Shown: positions 52,496-64,000 of the stretch, piece by piece | Numbering within the stretch: position 1 is the stretch's first letter | Layout: the number at the start of each line of letters is the position of its first letter | Assembly: GCF_006345805.1 (NCBI RefSeq) | Contig: NC_043003.1 | Coordinates: 16,182,001-16,246,000, forward strand | Source: Octopus sinensis | Taxonomy: Eukaryota | Direction: 5' to 3' | DNA: 64,000 bases | Notes under the pieces: model-generated | The model's input: only the letters and a program-made list of their open reading frames with translations | Told to the model about the DNA's origin: nothing | The model's database searches: none | Program-made: the position numbers and the translations under genes

Positions 52496-53013
52496 GAAGT
52501 AAGGACTTCCACTTACTCCGCTCAGACATTGCTCACTTAACGCCTCAAATTCAGCTGCTTCTTCCACCGGTGTCCCAACTTTTCCGACTATCAATAATTT
52601 TCGACCATTTCTCTTCTGTTTCGAGGACAAATATCTCACCTTGTCCTTCTCTCAATGATTTCAGCGCTCAAAACTCCTCATGGCTTGCATTCTTACACCT
52701 ATATTGGTAACGGATCTTTTGCAACTCTCAACTCTCTACATTAGTTAGTTTCATGTCTAACGTTTCTCGGACAGACACCTGGTCTATTTTTCTCACCTTC
52801 AAACTCAACCAGCACAAGACCATCGCCATCCTAGGACTTCACACACACCATCCAACTACTTACTGCCTTATGGCAACTACCCACCCACATTCTATATCGA
52901 CGTCGTGTTTGCGACAAAAAATTTTATCGGAGCCATTCATAAATATATAACGGCGTTCTGTCTCTGTCTCCCCCCTCTCTTTCTCTTTCTCTTTGTATAC
53001 ATACATACAAATA

Positions 53014-53081
<68 letters not shown>

Positions 53082-53094
53082 CATCCGTCAGTCC

Positions 53095-53177
<83 letters not shown>

Positions 53178-53194
53178 AATCCGTCCGTCTGTCC

Positions 53195-53236
<42 letters not shown>

Positions 53237-53921
53237 ATATATATATATATATATATATACATACATATATATATATGTAGATAAAACGTATACTTTTATA
53301 TGCATGCATGTATGTATAAGTACGCAAGGTTGTATACACTTACGTGCGCATGCGTATATTTATGTATGTTTGTATGTATATATATCTAGTCAAAATTTAT
53401 TATAACCGACATCCAGCCACATCGAGTCTAATTTGAGTCTAACAAATCCAATACTTCAAAAGTAGAAGTTATACACTAAGCTAACTCTGTGGCAACTCTT
53501 TGCAATGGCTCCGCTAGAAGGCTGTCTAAAACGATATTGGTAATAGCTTCAGTTGATCGTTTCATTGTTGTTGCTGTTGTTGTTTCTGTTGAAGTGTTGA
53601 TATTCCAAGCAATGGTGATGATGGACGGTGTAAAGAATAGATGATGTAAGTAGCGGTGGTGATGATGGTGGTGGTGGTGGTGTTGGTGGTAAGACGAGCG
53701 CGACAACGGTGGTGACGTTGATAATGGTCGTGTTTTTAGTAAGATACTGGCGTAAATGTTATTTCTCTTGTTGCTGACGGTGGTGATGGCGAAGATAGTG
53801 TTGTTGGTAAGCAACACTATTGGTAAGCTGATGGTGTTGGCAATGGTTGCGATGATAGGGTGGTAGTGGTAAGAAATAATGACGATAGTAGTGAGATTGG
53901 GGAGGGAGTGGTATGTTGGTG

Positions 53922-54341
53922 GCCAAGGCGGCGAGCTGGGAGAAACGTTAGCGCGCCGAGCGAGAATGCTTAGTGGTATTTTGTCTGCCGCTGCGTTCTG
54001 AGTTCAAATTCCGCCGAGGTCGACTTTGCCTTTCATTCTTTCGGGGTCGATAAATTAAGTACCAGTTACGCACTGGGGTCGATGTAATCGACTCAATCCG
54101 TTTGTCTGTCCTTGTTTGTCCGCTCTGTGTTTAGCCCCTTGTGGGTAATAAAGAAATAGGTATTTCGTCCGCCGCTGCGTTCTGAGTTCAAATTCCGCCG
54201 AGGTCGACTTTGCCTTTCATCCTTTCGGGGTCGATAAATAAGTACCAGTTACGCACTGGGGTCGATGTAATCGACTCAATCCGTTTGTCTGTCCTTGTTT
54301 GTCCTCTCTGTGTTTAGCCCCTTGTGGGTAGTAAAGAAATA
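53922..54341 (+). mobile_element. SINE-B dimer with 12-bp TSD
   Basis: TSD GGTATGTTGGTG at 53910-53921 and 54342-54353, junction near 54159. Confidence 0.9.
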
Positions 54342-54982
54342 GGTATGTTGGTGACTGTGGTTGTGATGATGATGAGAGCAATGGTAATTGCGTTTGTGAT
54401 GGCGGCGATTGTAACCATGGAATGTAAAAGAAGGACATTGTAGGCTTGCATCAGGTTTGTAGTGTTAATGGGTGATGGTCACTTTTTGTTGCAGCTACTG
54501 CAACTTATTGTTGTTGTTGTTGTTAGAGGAGAGCTGGAGGAGGGAATGGTCTATTGGTACTGGCAACGATGTGCAGCCACTACGTTCTGTGATAATGTTG
54601 TTGTTGTTGTTGTTGTTCTTGTTCTTCTTTTTCTTCTTCTTCTTCATGTTGGCATTCGCAGTATTTGAAACACTGTACCAAATAATAGAAAGATTATATC
54701 CACGCGCAAACACACACACACACTCACACTCACATACACACTCACACTCATATACACACCACAGACACACACATACACACACAAACACACAGAGAAAGAG
54801 AAGAACTTACACACTCTAAGATAAATTCAATTCACATACATACATATATACATACATATCTGTGTGCATATATGTATATATATGCATATATGCCTAAATG
54901 TACATATATGTATATATACTTACATGTACATATATATATCTATATATATATCTATATATATATATAAAAGTGTATAAAATAC

Positions 54983-55060
<78 letters not shown>

Positions 55061-55709
55061 TTTTATTTATGGAATAACTGAACGCCACTTTTCCTGACTT
55101 TATATATATATATATATATTATATATATATAGGAAGACAGGGAGAGAAAGAGGGAGAGAGAGAGATAGATAGAGAGAGAGATAGATAGAGAGAGAGAGAG
55201 AGAGAGTAAAAAAAGCGACGTATACAAGTGGAATGAAGAATGGACGACACAACCGTTGATATTAGTAGCGATTCTCCGTATCAGTTTTGAACAGTCTCTA
55301 ATGTAATGGTGGCCAACATCGATCTTAAGAATATATTCTAAACCACCGCCATGATTGGAAGTAATTGAGGGCAAGGATACAATCTGGCAAGATGGCGTTT
55401 TCAGAGAAACGTTTTGATGTATATGTCCTGACAGATTTCATTACATTTCGTTTTCGGTGCATTAAAACTTCATCAATCTAAAGGTTTTGCGGTTGGTGAA
55501 GAAATTCTTCCACTGAATTTAATTTCGATGTTTTTCTATCTGTCTTTCTTTTATTATATTTTGTTTTTGCACCTTTTTTGTCTTCATATTATTATTATTA
55601 TTATTATTGTTATTATTATTATTGTTGTTGTTGTTGTTATTACTGTTGTTGTATTATTATTATTATTGTTGTTGTTGTTGTTGTTGTTGTTGTTATTACT
55701 GTTGTTGTT

Positions 55710-55768
<59 letters not shown>

Positions 55769-56639
55769 GTTAATATTTCCGGTCAAATATTTGTGCAAGG
55801 CGAGTGGTCTTCGAGATTTCTCGACACGTAATATCCATAATGTTCGGAAAAATGAGAATTGACCACATGTTGTGTTTGCCCTGGCGTACCGATACGTTAT
55901 CGCGTCATGAACCGATATATAAGTCCATCGATTGCTACATGCGCGCGCGCGCACACACACACTTACACACGCACACATTCGCACATACTCGCACAAACTT
56001 TAACGCATAAACTTTATCATTTTAACATAGTGAACGCCTTTGTGTATTTGATAAGCCAGAGGCTGCAGTTTTCGTCTGGAGAAAATCCCTTTTATTAAAG
56101 CACCGTAATAAAAAAAAAGACAAAAAAAAACTGTATACCTCAAAGTTAAGCGAAACGAAATTGCCTCAGAATTCACCACGAAAGCCACCGATACATAGTT
56201 CGCCGCAGTTGCAGCTTGTCGATGCCTTCTACTCGTGTCACTTTTGAAACCAGTCTTAAGTATATAGAGATTGTATGTAAACTATATACTGCTTTGAAAA
56301 GACGCTGCATAAGTAGAATAAAATTCAAATTATGCAATAAAAGCAGGTATATAGTAAAAACTCAATATAACAATACGTGGCGTAAATGTTTTGCTGAAAA
56401 GCCAGAAGCTGCAGTTTTGCCTGGCTCTGAAGCATATTGTGTTTCTTTTAACACAGTACGTCTCTAAAGAGATATTTCTCAGGCGAAGCTGCTTCTGTTG
56501 GCTCTTCAGTGATACGTTAAATAGAACGCCGGGAGAGTCCTTATATAAAGTCCTCATAAAGAGATCTTGAAATTGTTCATTAGCGACCAGATAACGATAT
56601 TGAGTCAATATCTACCAGATCTACACTATTTTTTTCCCT

Positions 56640-56804
56640 CTTTTACTTGTTTCAGTCAGTTGACTGCGGCCATGCTGGAGCACCACCTTTAATCGAACAA
56701 ATTGCCTCCAGGACTAGCACTTGTTCTATCGGCCTCTTTTGCCGAACCGACAACATGGGTTGTCAAGCAATGGTGCGGGGACAAACACAGACACAAATAC
56801 ATAC

Positions 56805-56856
<52 letters not shown>

Positions 56857-57024
56857 AATTGCAGCGTGGAAGGTGTTTATAAGCCATTTAAGAAACACAC
56901 AAAAGCCGTTCGATTCACTTCAACATTTAAGTTTAATTTGTCAAAATATTTTCGTCGCTAAAATCCGCGACCTGTTCACTGACAAAAATCCGTGCTGCAT
57001 ATATATATTATATGTATATGTATG

Positions 57025-57090
<66 letters not shown>

Positions 57091-57206
57091 ATAGCCCGAG
57101 GCTATAGTAGAAGATACTTGCCCAAGGTGCCACGCAGTGGGACTGAATACTGAACCATGTTGTTGGGAAGCAAGCTACTTACCAGACAGCAGCCACTCCT
57201 GCGCCT
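56640..57206 (-). mobile_element. SINE-A with nested hammerhead-variant insert (56853-56998)
   Basis: Tail 56640-56800 and head 57094-57206, with TA runs either side of the insert. Confidence 0.82.
56937..56986 (-). ncRNA. Hammerhead variant with G3:C8 core
   Basis: Minus strand tttgtca-GTGAACA-g-gtcgc-ggatttta-gcgac-GAAA-atat-TT-tgacaaa. 7-bp helix I, 5-bp helix II, AATATT helix III. Confidence 0.6.
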
Positions 57207-57664
57207 ATTTGGAAGATTAAAAAAATATTTGTTTTGAAAATGTCACATACATTTTTTTTGGTCCTGCACATCACACCAGGTAAATAAGAATTGTGACAAG
57301 AGACATAGCTGTCCAGCAAATTCATTAGTATTTTTCTTGAAATTTGAAGATCAATCGAAATAAACACCATAAGTCATTTTATGTTGCCCTAGAGAAATTC
57401 AGAGGAATTGTCAGTTTATATTTTCAGATGAAAAAAAACGAAGAAAAAAATTATGATATCTCATACGTCACACTTTTTTGGGATCTTCGTGAAAAAAAAA
57501 ACAACATTTCAAATAAAAATGTTTTGTTTAATACTTGATTGTGTAGTCAAACTTAACCGTGAAAAATGAATCAATACAATTCGTGTAACTATTCAAAATA
57601 TTTAATAATTTTATATTTCGGACTGTAACGTATATTACGCGAGAATGGTCCAATAGAAGGATTT

Positions 57665-58072
57665 CTTATTTCTTTACTGTCCACAAGGGGCTAAACACAG
57701 AGGGGACAAACAGAGACAGACAAACGGATTAAATCGATTATATCGACCCCAGTGCGTAACTGGTACTTATTTAATCGACCCCGAAAGTTGACCTCGGCAG
57801 AATTTGAACTCAGAACGTAACGGCAGATGAAATACCTATTTCTTTACTACCCACAAGGGGCTAAACACAGAGAGGACAAACAAGGACAGACAAACGGATT
57901 AAGTCGATTACATCGGCCCCAGTGCGTAACTGGTACTTAATTTATCGACCCCCCGAAAGGATGAAAGGCAAAGTCGACCTCGGTGGAATTTGAACTCAGA
58001 ACGTAAAAAACAGACGGAATATCGCTAAGCATTTCGCCCGGCGTGCTAACGTTTCTGCCAGCTCGCTGCCTT
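57665..58072 (-). mobile_element. SINE-B dimer
   Basis: Junction GAAATACCTATTTC near 57835, CAATAGAAGG on both flanks. Confidence 0.88.
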
Positions 58073-59135
58073 CAATAGAAGGCTTTCCAGCCGTAACCAT
58101 CCCATCTGTTGGTTTACCAAGATTGCATTGTTTAATATTTCTTTAGTTTTAGACTAAAATGTTGAATTTGAAGATATTTGGCTGCTACTTATAGCGGGAG
58201 CCTCTCACATTAATACCCATCTCCATGTTCATATTAAATTCTATGTTAGATTATGATCGAATATGCGGTTCCAATTTTTTAAGCGTGGGCGGAAATTATT
58301 ACACGGTAGGGTTATCATTCTGAATCTGTTAATCTCTGCAAAGAAAATTTAGTCTCGCTAATAATTATAATTTTACATTTGTGAAGCGGTTTTTGTTTGT
58401 ATTTTAAATCTTCCACTTTTTCTGTTGAGTTTAATTCGTATTCGTTTTTCATAAGAATATTTATTTTCAATCATTTCACTTGCAGCCTTCTTTAGAATTT
58501 TACCAAGACTCCATGAAAATCTTGAAATAAATCACTTTTTTCAGATTTACACCTTTTAGTCGAGCAGCAATCGTTAAGCCGGCACTTGGTGACTCTCTTT
58601 CAAAATTTTAATAAATAAAGCCCAAAGACAAACACTTCTACATTTCATTTGTTTGTTAAAGGTATTTTGTTAAAGAATATTATTAAACAAAGTCAACAAA
58701 GAGCGCAGTGGAGCAAGAAGGGAGGACGACACATCTGAAGGAGCAATATAACGTGGTCGTATCCATCTCTAAAATGACTCAACGCATATGGACTGAAATA
58801 CGCTTGTTTACATTGCATACGATCACATGTGCTATCACACACAACTACAATTTCATTGGTTGTGCCATTGTTTTCATAATGTCATTTTTTTTCTCTCTTT
58901 CGTCTCAATACTTGTAAAAATAATCCAAATTATAATACTGAGAACAGCCCGGCTTTATATAATCCTTAAGCACGTAGATTATGTTCAACACGGTGAGGCC
59001 TCTCATTGATCTTTCTTTCCAATTATCGCCGCCCAAGTATGTGTGTATATATATGTGTATGTGTTTGTATGTATGTATATATATGTATGTATAAATGTAT
59101 GTATGTACCATGTATGTATCATGTATGTATGTATG

Positions 59136-59199
<64 letters not shown>

Positions 59200-59240
59200 A
59201 TATATATACGTAAATATATATGTATATATATATGTATGAA

Positions 59241-59287
<47 letters not shown>

Positions 59288-59313
59288 ACACACACGTACA
59301 CACACACTCACTC

Positions 59314-59380
<67 letters not shown>

Positions 59381-59409
59381 AATATATACATACATGCGCA
59401 AACACATAT

Positions 59410-59905
59410 AACCATAGAATACTGCTGCTTATGTCGTTTGCCTACACCAAACAAGACATAAGAACCACGTCACCCTAGAGAGCAATCGCAAAAGACAATT
59501 AAATAAAGAACAAGACTGATCTTGGTTATTGGAACCCCTTCAAAACATTGAAACCTTATTTTCTCCAACACTGCCTTAGCAACTACATCATTCGCACAAT
59601 GAGGAGAATATACCACCAGTATTATTTAAACGACCTTAACATCAAACTCAGATTTCATGCAAGGCTGAGACACCGTTTCATACATCCACTACACAATTCA
59701 GACTCACAACACACAAGTAGACTGTATTACAATTACTTTTCTTAACGGACCCTGCTCTATTTAACATTATCCCATAAAAAAATTAAGGGAGAAAAAGATC
59801 CCATCACTTTCAAACGATATCTGAACACGTTTCTTCAAGGAATACTATGTAAGCCACCTATACCTGGATACATCTCAGTCAATAAATCCCTACGTGAATG
59901 TCTTA
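59410..59905 (+). pseudogene. Degraded CR1/L2-group LINE C-terminal fragment
   Basis: Frameshifted peptides IEYCCL, LGYWN..KTLK.YFLQ, GPALFNIIP and TFKRYLNTFLQ..PPIPGY. Confidence 0.6.
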
Positions 59906-60007
59906 TGATACCACAAAACCTGACTGAACATGTTTCAGAAGTTAGATCGACGTAAAAGAAGTGAAACATCGGAAGCAAATAAATACATTGAAACGATGAC
60001 TAGCTGA

Positions 60008-60480
60008 TACATGTAGCCTCATTTATCACGGACCCGGGATAATACGGAACACTAAGTTGTGAACCGTGTTACACCTTTCCCGGGTTGATCTGTGGTAACA
60101 CTGATCAACGTCCGGTCGAAGTTTCTACTTGTACCTCAAAAATGTACCTCGGTGATCACCTACAATACTTAGCTACCAAAATGTACTGATTATAGCTTGT
60201 GTTTACACGACTGTGCTGCGTGGTTGCTTCTTGTTATACGAATTAATGTACCCATACCCGTCAACAAGGGACTTATGAACAGAAAGAAAACGACGGAACC
60301 TGATCCAAATAAATGATGCAGAAGTCTGTATTCTCCGCAGGAAAAAGGTAGATGTGATCAAGTTTTGCTGCTGTAGTTCATGAGTTTGGTGTCAATGAGT
60401 AATATATTTATTCCATTTACAAACTGCGTGAAGATGATTCATTTATCACTGATACATTTATCACCGTGTTATATTTTCCT
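60008..60480 (+). mobile_element. Possible pogo/Tigger relic
   Basis: Peptide ..KVDVIK..AAVVHEFGVNE resembles the CENP-B-type N-terminal HTH. Repeated CATTTATCAC motifs near both ends. Confidence 0.4.
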
Positions 60481-61164
60481 TGGCGGGGAGCACCAACACA
60501 CCGTAATAAACAAAGATCGACGAACGGCGTTTTTTTAACGTATTTCACGATTCCTCGAGTTTATCTCTATGCAACGATATTATTTTAAAAATTACAGTAA
60601 ACCCACGTTAGTGACTAGGTGGCAGTTGGTGCGACGAAAAGTTTGGCACTTTTCTATGGCTGATATATGGACAATTTTCTATGGCTGATATGTGTCCGTC
60701 ATGCTGTAATTGTTTTAGTTTCAACATATGGTCTCAGACAAAATCACTTCCCTGACAAGTACACTTTCGAAATTACTTCTGCGTCTTATACAAAATCAGA
60801 ATTAAGTTCAACGAAGTTTGCTATTGATCCTAGCCTATCTCATGTCAGGTGTTAGGTTCTTGCCGCGGGGCACTAAACACAAAGTGCTACACCTAATTCT
60901 ATATGTCTAAGTACTCATCACTAATTCTGAAACCGATATTCCATTGATTCCTAAAAGACGAACTGGAAGCTAAAGACACTATGTTAAATACCTTTAAGCA
61001 TAGAAACTTTCATTCTGCCATCTGCATCCTAAGCACCAGGCTGACCAAAATGAATAAATTATAATGTACCATACATACGGGACCCCCTCCCCCCAAACAA
61101 CGATGAACGCCTACGTTTGTGTGTATTTATGTATATCGGTATTAGCGTAAGTACCCTATATATG

Positions 61165-61800
61165 TCATTATTCAGTTTTATTTCAAGATTTCTTGCCAAT
61201 AAAGAGCCGGTTTCTAACCAAGATCCAAGGTTCCTTCACTGGAATTTCAACATCAACAGGGTATTTTTGTGTGTATGTATGTATGTATGTATGTATGTAT
61301 GTATGTATGTATGTATGTATGTATGTATGTATGTATGTATGCATGCATGTATGTATGTATGTCTATGTGCAAATTTGTGTTTTGTTTTATATATGTATTC
61401 TCATGCATATAGTTGCAAGTCTAGATATACTCATATATACTTAAGTGATAAACTTCTGGAAAGTTTTACAGATTTTTGCAGTTCCTGTGGTTGATTGGAT
61501 CTGTAGTCTTCGAATTAGCTTTCTCCTTTCTGGTTTTGAGAAGCCTAATTTCTCAAGACTGGTTTTTAGGCAGTGAGTTACATATCCCAGGGCCCCCAAT
61601 AATTACAGGTATAAACCTGAACTTGTATTCTGGATAGACTAACTGCAGATTTCTCAATAGTTCAGAATAGGTGTTCTCTTTTTCACTGATATTCAACTTC
61701 ATGCTAAAATCCGTTGGGCAGCTAATTTCCACAACTGAGCACAGTTCCTCTTTATTCCAAATCATTATATCAGGTCTGTTGTGCTTACATTTTATTGAGG
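61165..61800 (-). mobile_element. RLE-type (R4/Dong-like) LINE 3' end, probably including the family-E repeat as its terminus
   Basis: Minus strand SIKCKHNRPDIMIWNKEELCSVVEISCP..KENTYSEL..FIPVIIG, followed by UTR, (CATA)n and repeat E. Confidence 0.75.
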
Positions 61801-62778
61801 TATATGTATGTATGTATTTCTGACATAGTTGTTAGGATGTTGAACTATCTCAAGTTCACGATTTCGATTCCCTCACCGGGTCCCGCGTTGTGTTTTTGAG
61901 CAAAACACTTAATTTCCTGCTATTCCAGTCCGCTCAGCTGCATATAACTCTGCAATAGACCGACGTCATGCTGCAATTTCTATCAGACCAAACTGCGAAG
62001 AAGCTTTTTTAGTTGTTATTCTTTAATCCCAGGTTAAATGTAGTCAAGTACACCTATAATAAAATGCGTTCCAACCGTGCCTATTCTGTCTTCGTGTATA
62101 TCAGAAATTACATTGTCAAAGGTAGACACATGAGGCCCCAGGCAAGTGCCCAGAGCGGCCATGCCTTGTAATGGCTCTTGTTTCACCCCAGATTGACCTT
62201 GATTGAGCAAACCTATAATAAAAAGCGCCACAGACGTAACAAGCTATTATTTTGTATTTTTATTAATTTATGAAAAGAAACTGCCTTCTAAATGTTATTC
62301 CTTTTTTCACAGGTGGTAGGACACAATACTCTTTCAGACGCGCACATACATCATAAATATATGCATACATACACACACACACACGTGCATACACACATGC
62401 TCGTATGCACAAATAGCTGTGTGGATAAGAAGCCCACTTTGCAACAACGTCGTTTCGGGTTTAATCTTGTATCGCGGAACCTTGATTTGACAACTAATGT
62501 TAGTTTGTTTCGTGTTAGTTTAGCAGTTCGGCAAACGATGCTGATGGACTAAGTACAAAACTTTAAAAAAAAATTAAGTATTTTTTATACTAGACTCTTC
62601 AAGTCGATGCTCCAGCATGAGCGCACTCTTATAACAGAAACAAGTAAAAGATGAAAGAGGATGAATAATTTTGTCATATATTTATCAATTTATGGCCTGA
62701 TCAGGGAATTTTTGATGATTAAATCATAATAAATTACACAGGTTTTATATTTTTTGGCAAAAATATTTGAATTTATAC

Positions 62779-62825
<47 letters not shown>

Positions 62826-62828
<3 letters not shown>

Positions 62829-63143
62829 GGGAATATAATTCTAAAACCCACAGGGAAAAATTCAATTTAACAATTTTAAATCAAATTTCACAATATATAT
62901 ATATATGTATATAATTTAGAGAAAAACCTCTATTAAGCAATTCAATAAAGAGAGATGTTATTTACAACATATAGAAAACATATACTATAAAAACCTTAAT
63001 CTAAAAATCAATAAAGTACAATATTTACTATTTATTGTACTTTAATGATTTAAAATAAGATTTTTTTGATAGTATATGTTTTCTATATGGTGTGAATAAC
63101 ATCTTTCTTTATTGAATTATTTAATAGAGGTTTTTCTCTAAAT
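62826..63143. mobile_element. Family-H fold-back, older copy lacking the hammerhead
   Basis: Imperfect 110-bp arms 62914-63023 / 63033-63143. AGGGAATA..ACAGGGAAAA..TTAGAGA.AAACC.CTATT shared with 22030-22130. Confidence 0.7.
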
Positions 63144-63148
63144 CATAT

Positions 63149-63194
<46 letters not shown>

Positions 63195-63203
63195 GTATGT
63201 ATA

Positions 63204-64000
63204 CAGGGTGCGTAAAGTATTTGAGGACATAACTTTTTGGGGTCATTACAGCATTTTTTGCCCACTCTGTATTATCTTTGTTTCAAAAACTAGTAATGAC
63301 AGACCCTCAGCTTACTCAAGAAATGAAGAGGCATGCTGTTATTGTGGTTATAAAGGCTGAGCATAGCGATTTAGAAATATCTCGATTGTTAAAAGTTGCC
63401 AGATCTTTCGTCTACGAAGTCTGTAAGGAGCTAGAGACTGAAAATGCATAAAAAGCGTTCTAAACACTCTGAAATCATCAGAACACCTGTATTTATTCAG
63501 CAAGTTCAACAGACCATTTGTAACAATCCCAGATAGTCAATGAGGTCAATTGCAAAAGATCTCCATGTGTCAAAAGGAAGAGCCAGAAATATTGTCCATG
63601 AAGACATCAGATATAAGTCTTATATAATGAGGAAAGGTCAATTTGTCAGAAAAAGGAAAAAAAAAAATCACTACATCAGTTCTAAAAGGCTCTTAAACAA
63701 ACTGAAAAATCCAGCAGAAGAAGATTTGATTTGGTTTTTCTCAAACGAGAAACACTTCGACCAAGATCAAAAAGTTAACAGAAGAAATGACAGATGGTTA
63801 TGTGCAGACCCTTCTGAAGTTCCAAGTGTTATGCATACAAAATTTCTTGAAACCGTCATGGTTTTAAGGCTTGTCGGCAATGAAGGATATGTAATACTTC
63901 CTTACTTCTTTCCACAAGGCCTTAGAGTTAACTTTGCCGCCTACATTGAGGTCCTGGAAGTAAGTCTTAAGCCCTGAATAGACAGTGTATGCAATGGAAG
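63204..64000 (+). mobile_element. Tc1/mariner (maT/DD37D-like) transposon, degraded, runs off window
   Basis: TA|CAGGGTG terminus. MTDPQLTQEMKRHAVIV.. from 63296. ORF 63540 MRSIAKDLHVS..WFFSNEKHF..NRRNDRWL..VMV. The D2-D3 spacing is outside the window. Confidence 0.8.

Overview
Repeat-saturated, AT-rich animal DNA. The SINE, LINE and microsatellite complement suggests an octopus or other coleoid cephalopod (inference). I found no credible host protein-coding gene; most listed ORFs are microsatellite translations. The window holds three tRNA-derived SINE families, CR1/L2, RTE and R4/Dong LINE fragments, several Tc1/mariner relics (mariner, DD41D rosa-type, maT-like, possibly pogo), MITEs, a non-autonomous Helitron and a 100-N gap. 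The main hidden signal is about 18 hammerhead-ribozyme-like motifs (roughly half well formed) from several unrelated non-coding families. Most are inserted in (TA)n tracts as partial tandem repeats (391, 468 and 570 bp periods) and/or fold-backs, the architecture of Penelope pseudo-LTRs and retrozymes. Variants include a compensatory G3:C8 core swap and one hammerhead downstream of a tRNA-SINE head. A second signal is a SINE that inserts as 184-bp head-to-tail multimers inside a single target-site duplication. All structures were folded by eye and need computational and biochemical confirmation.
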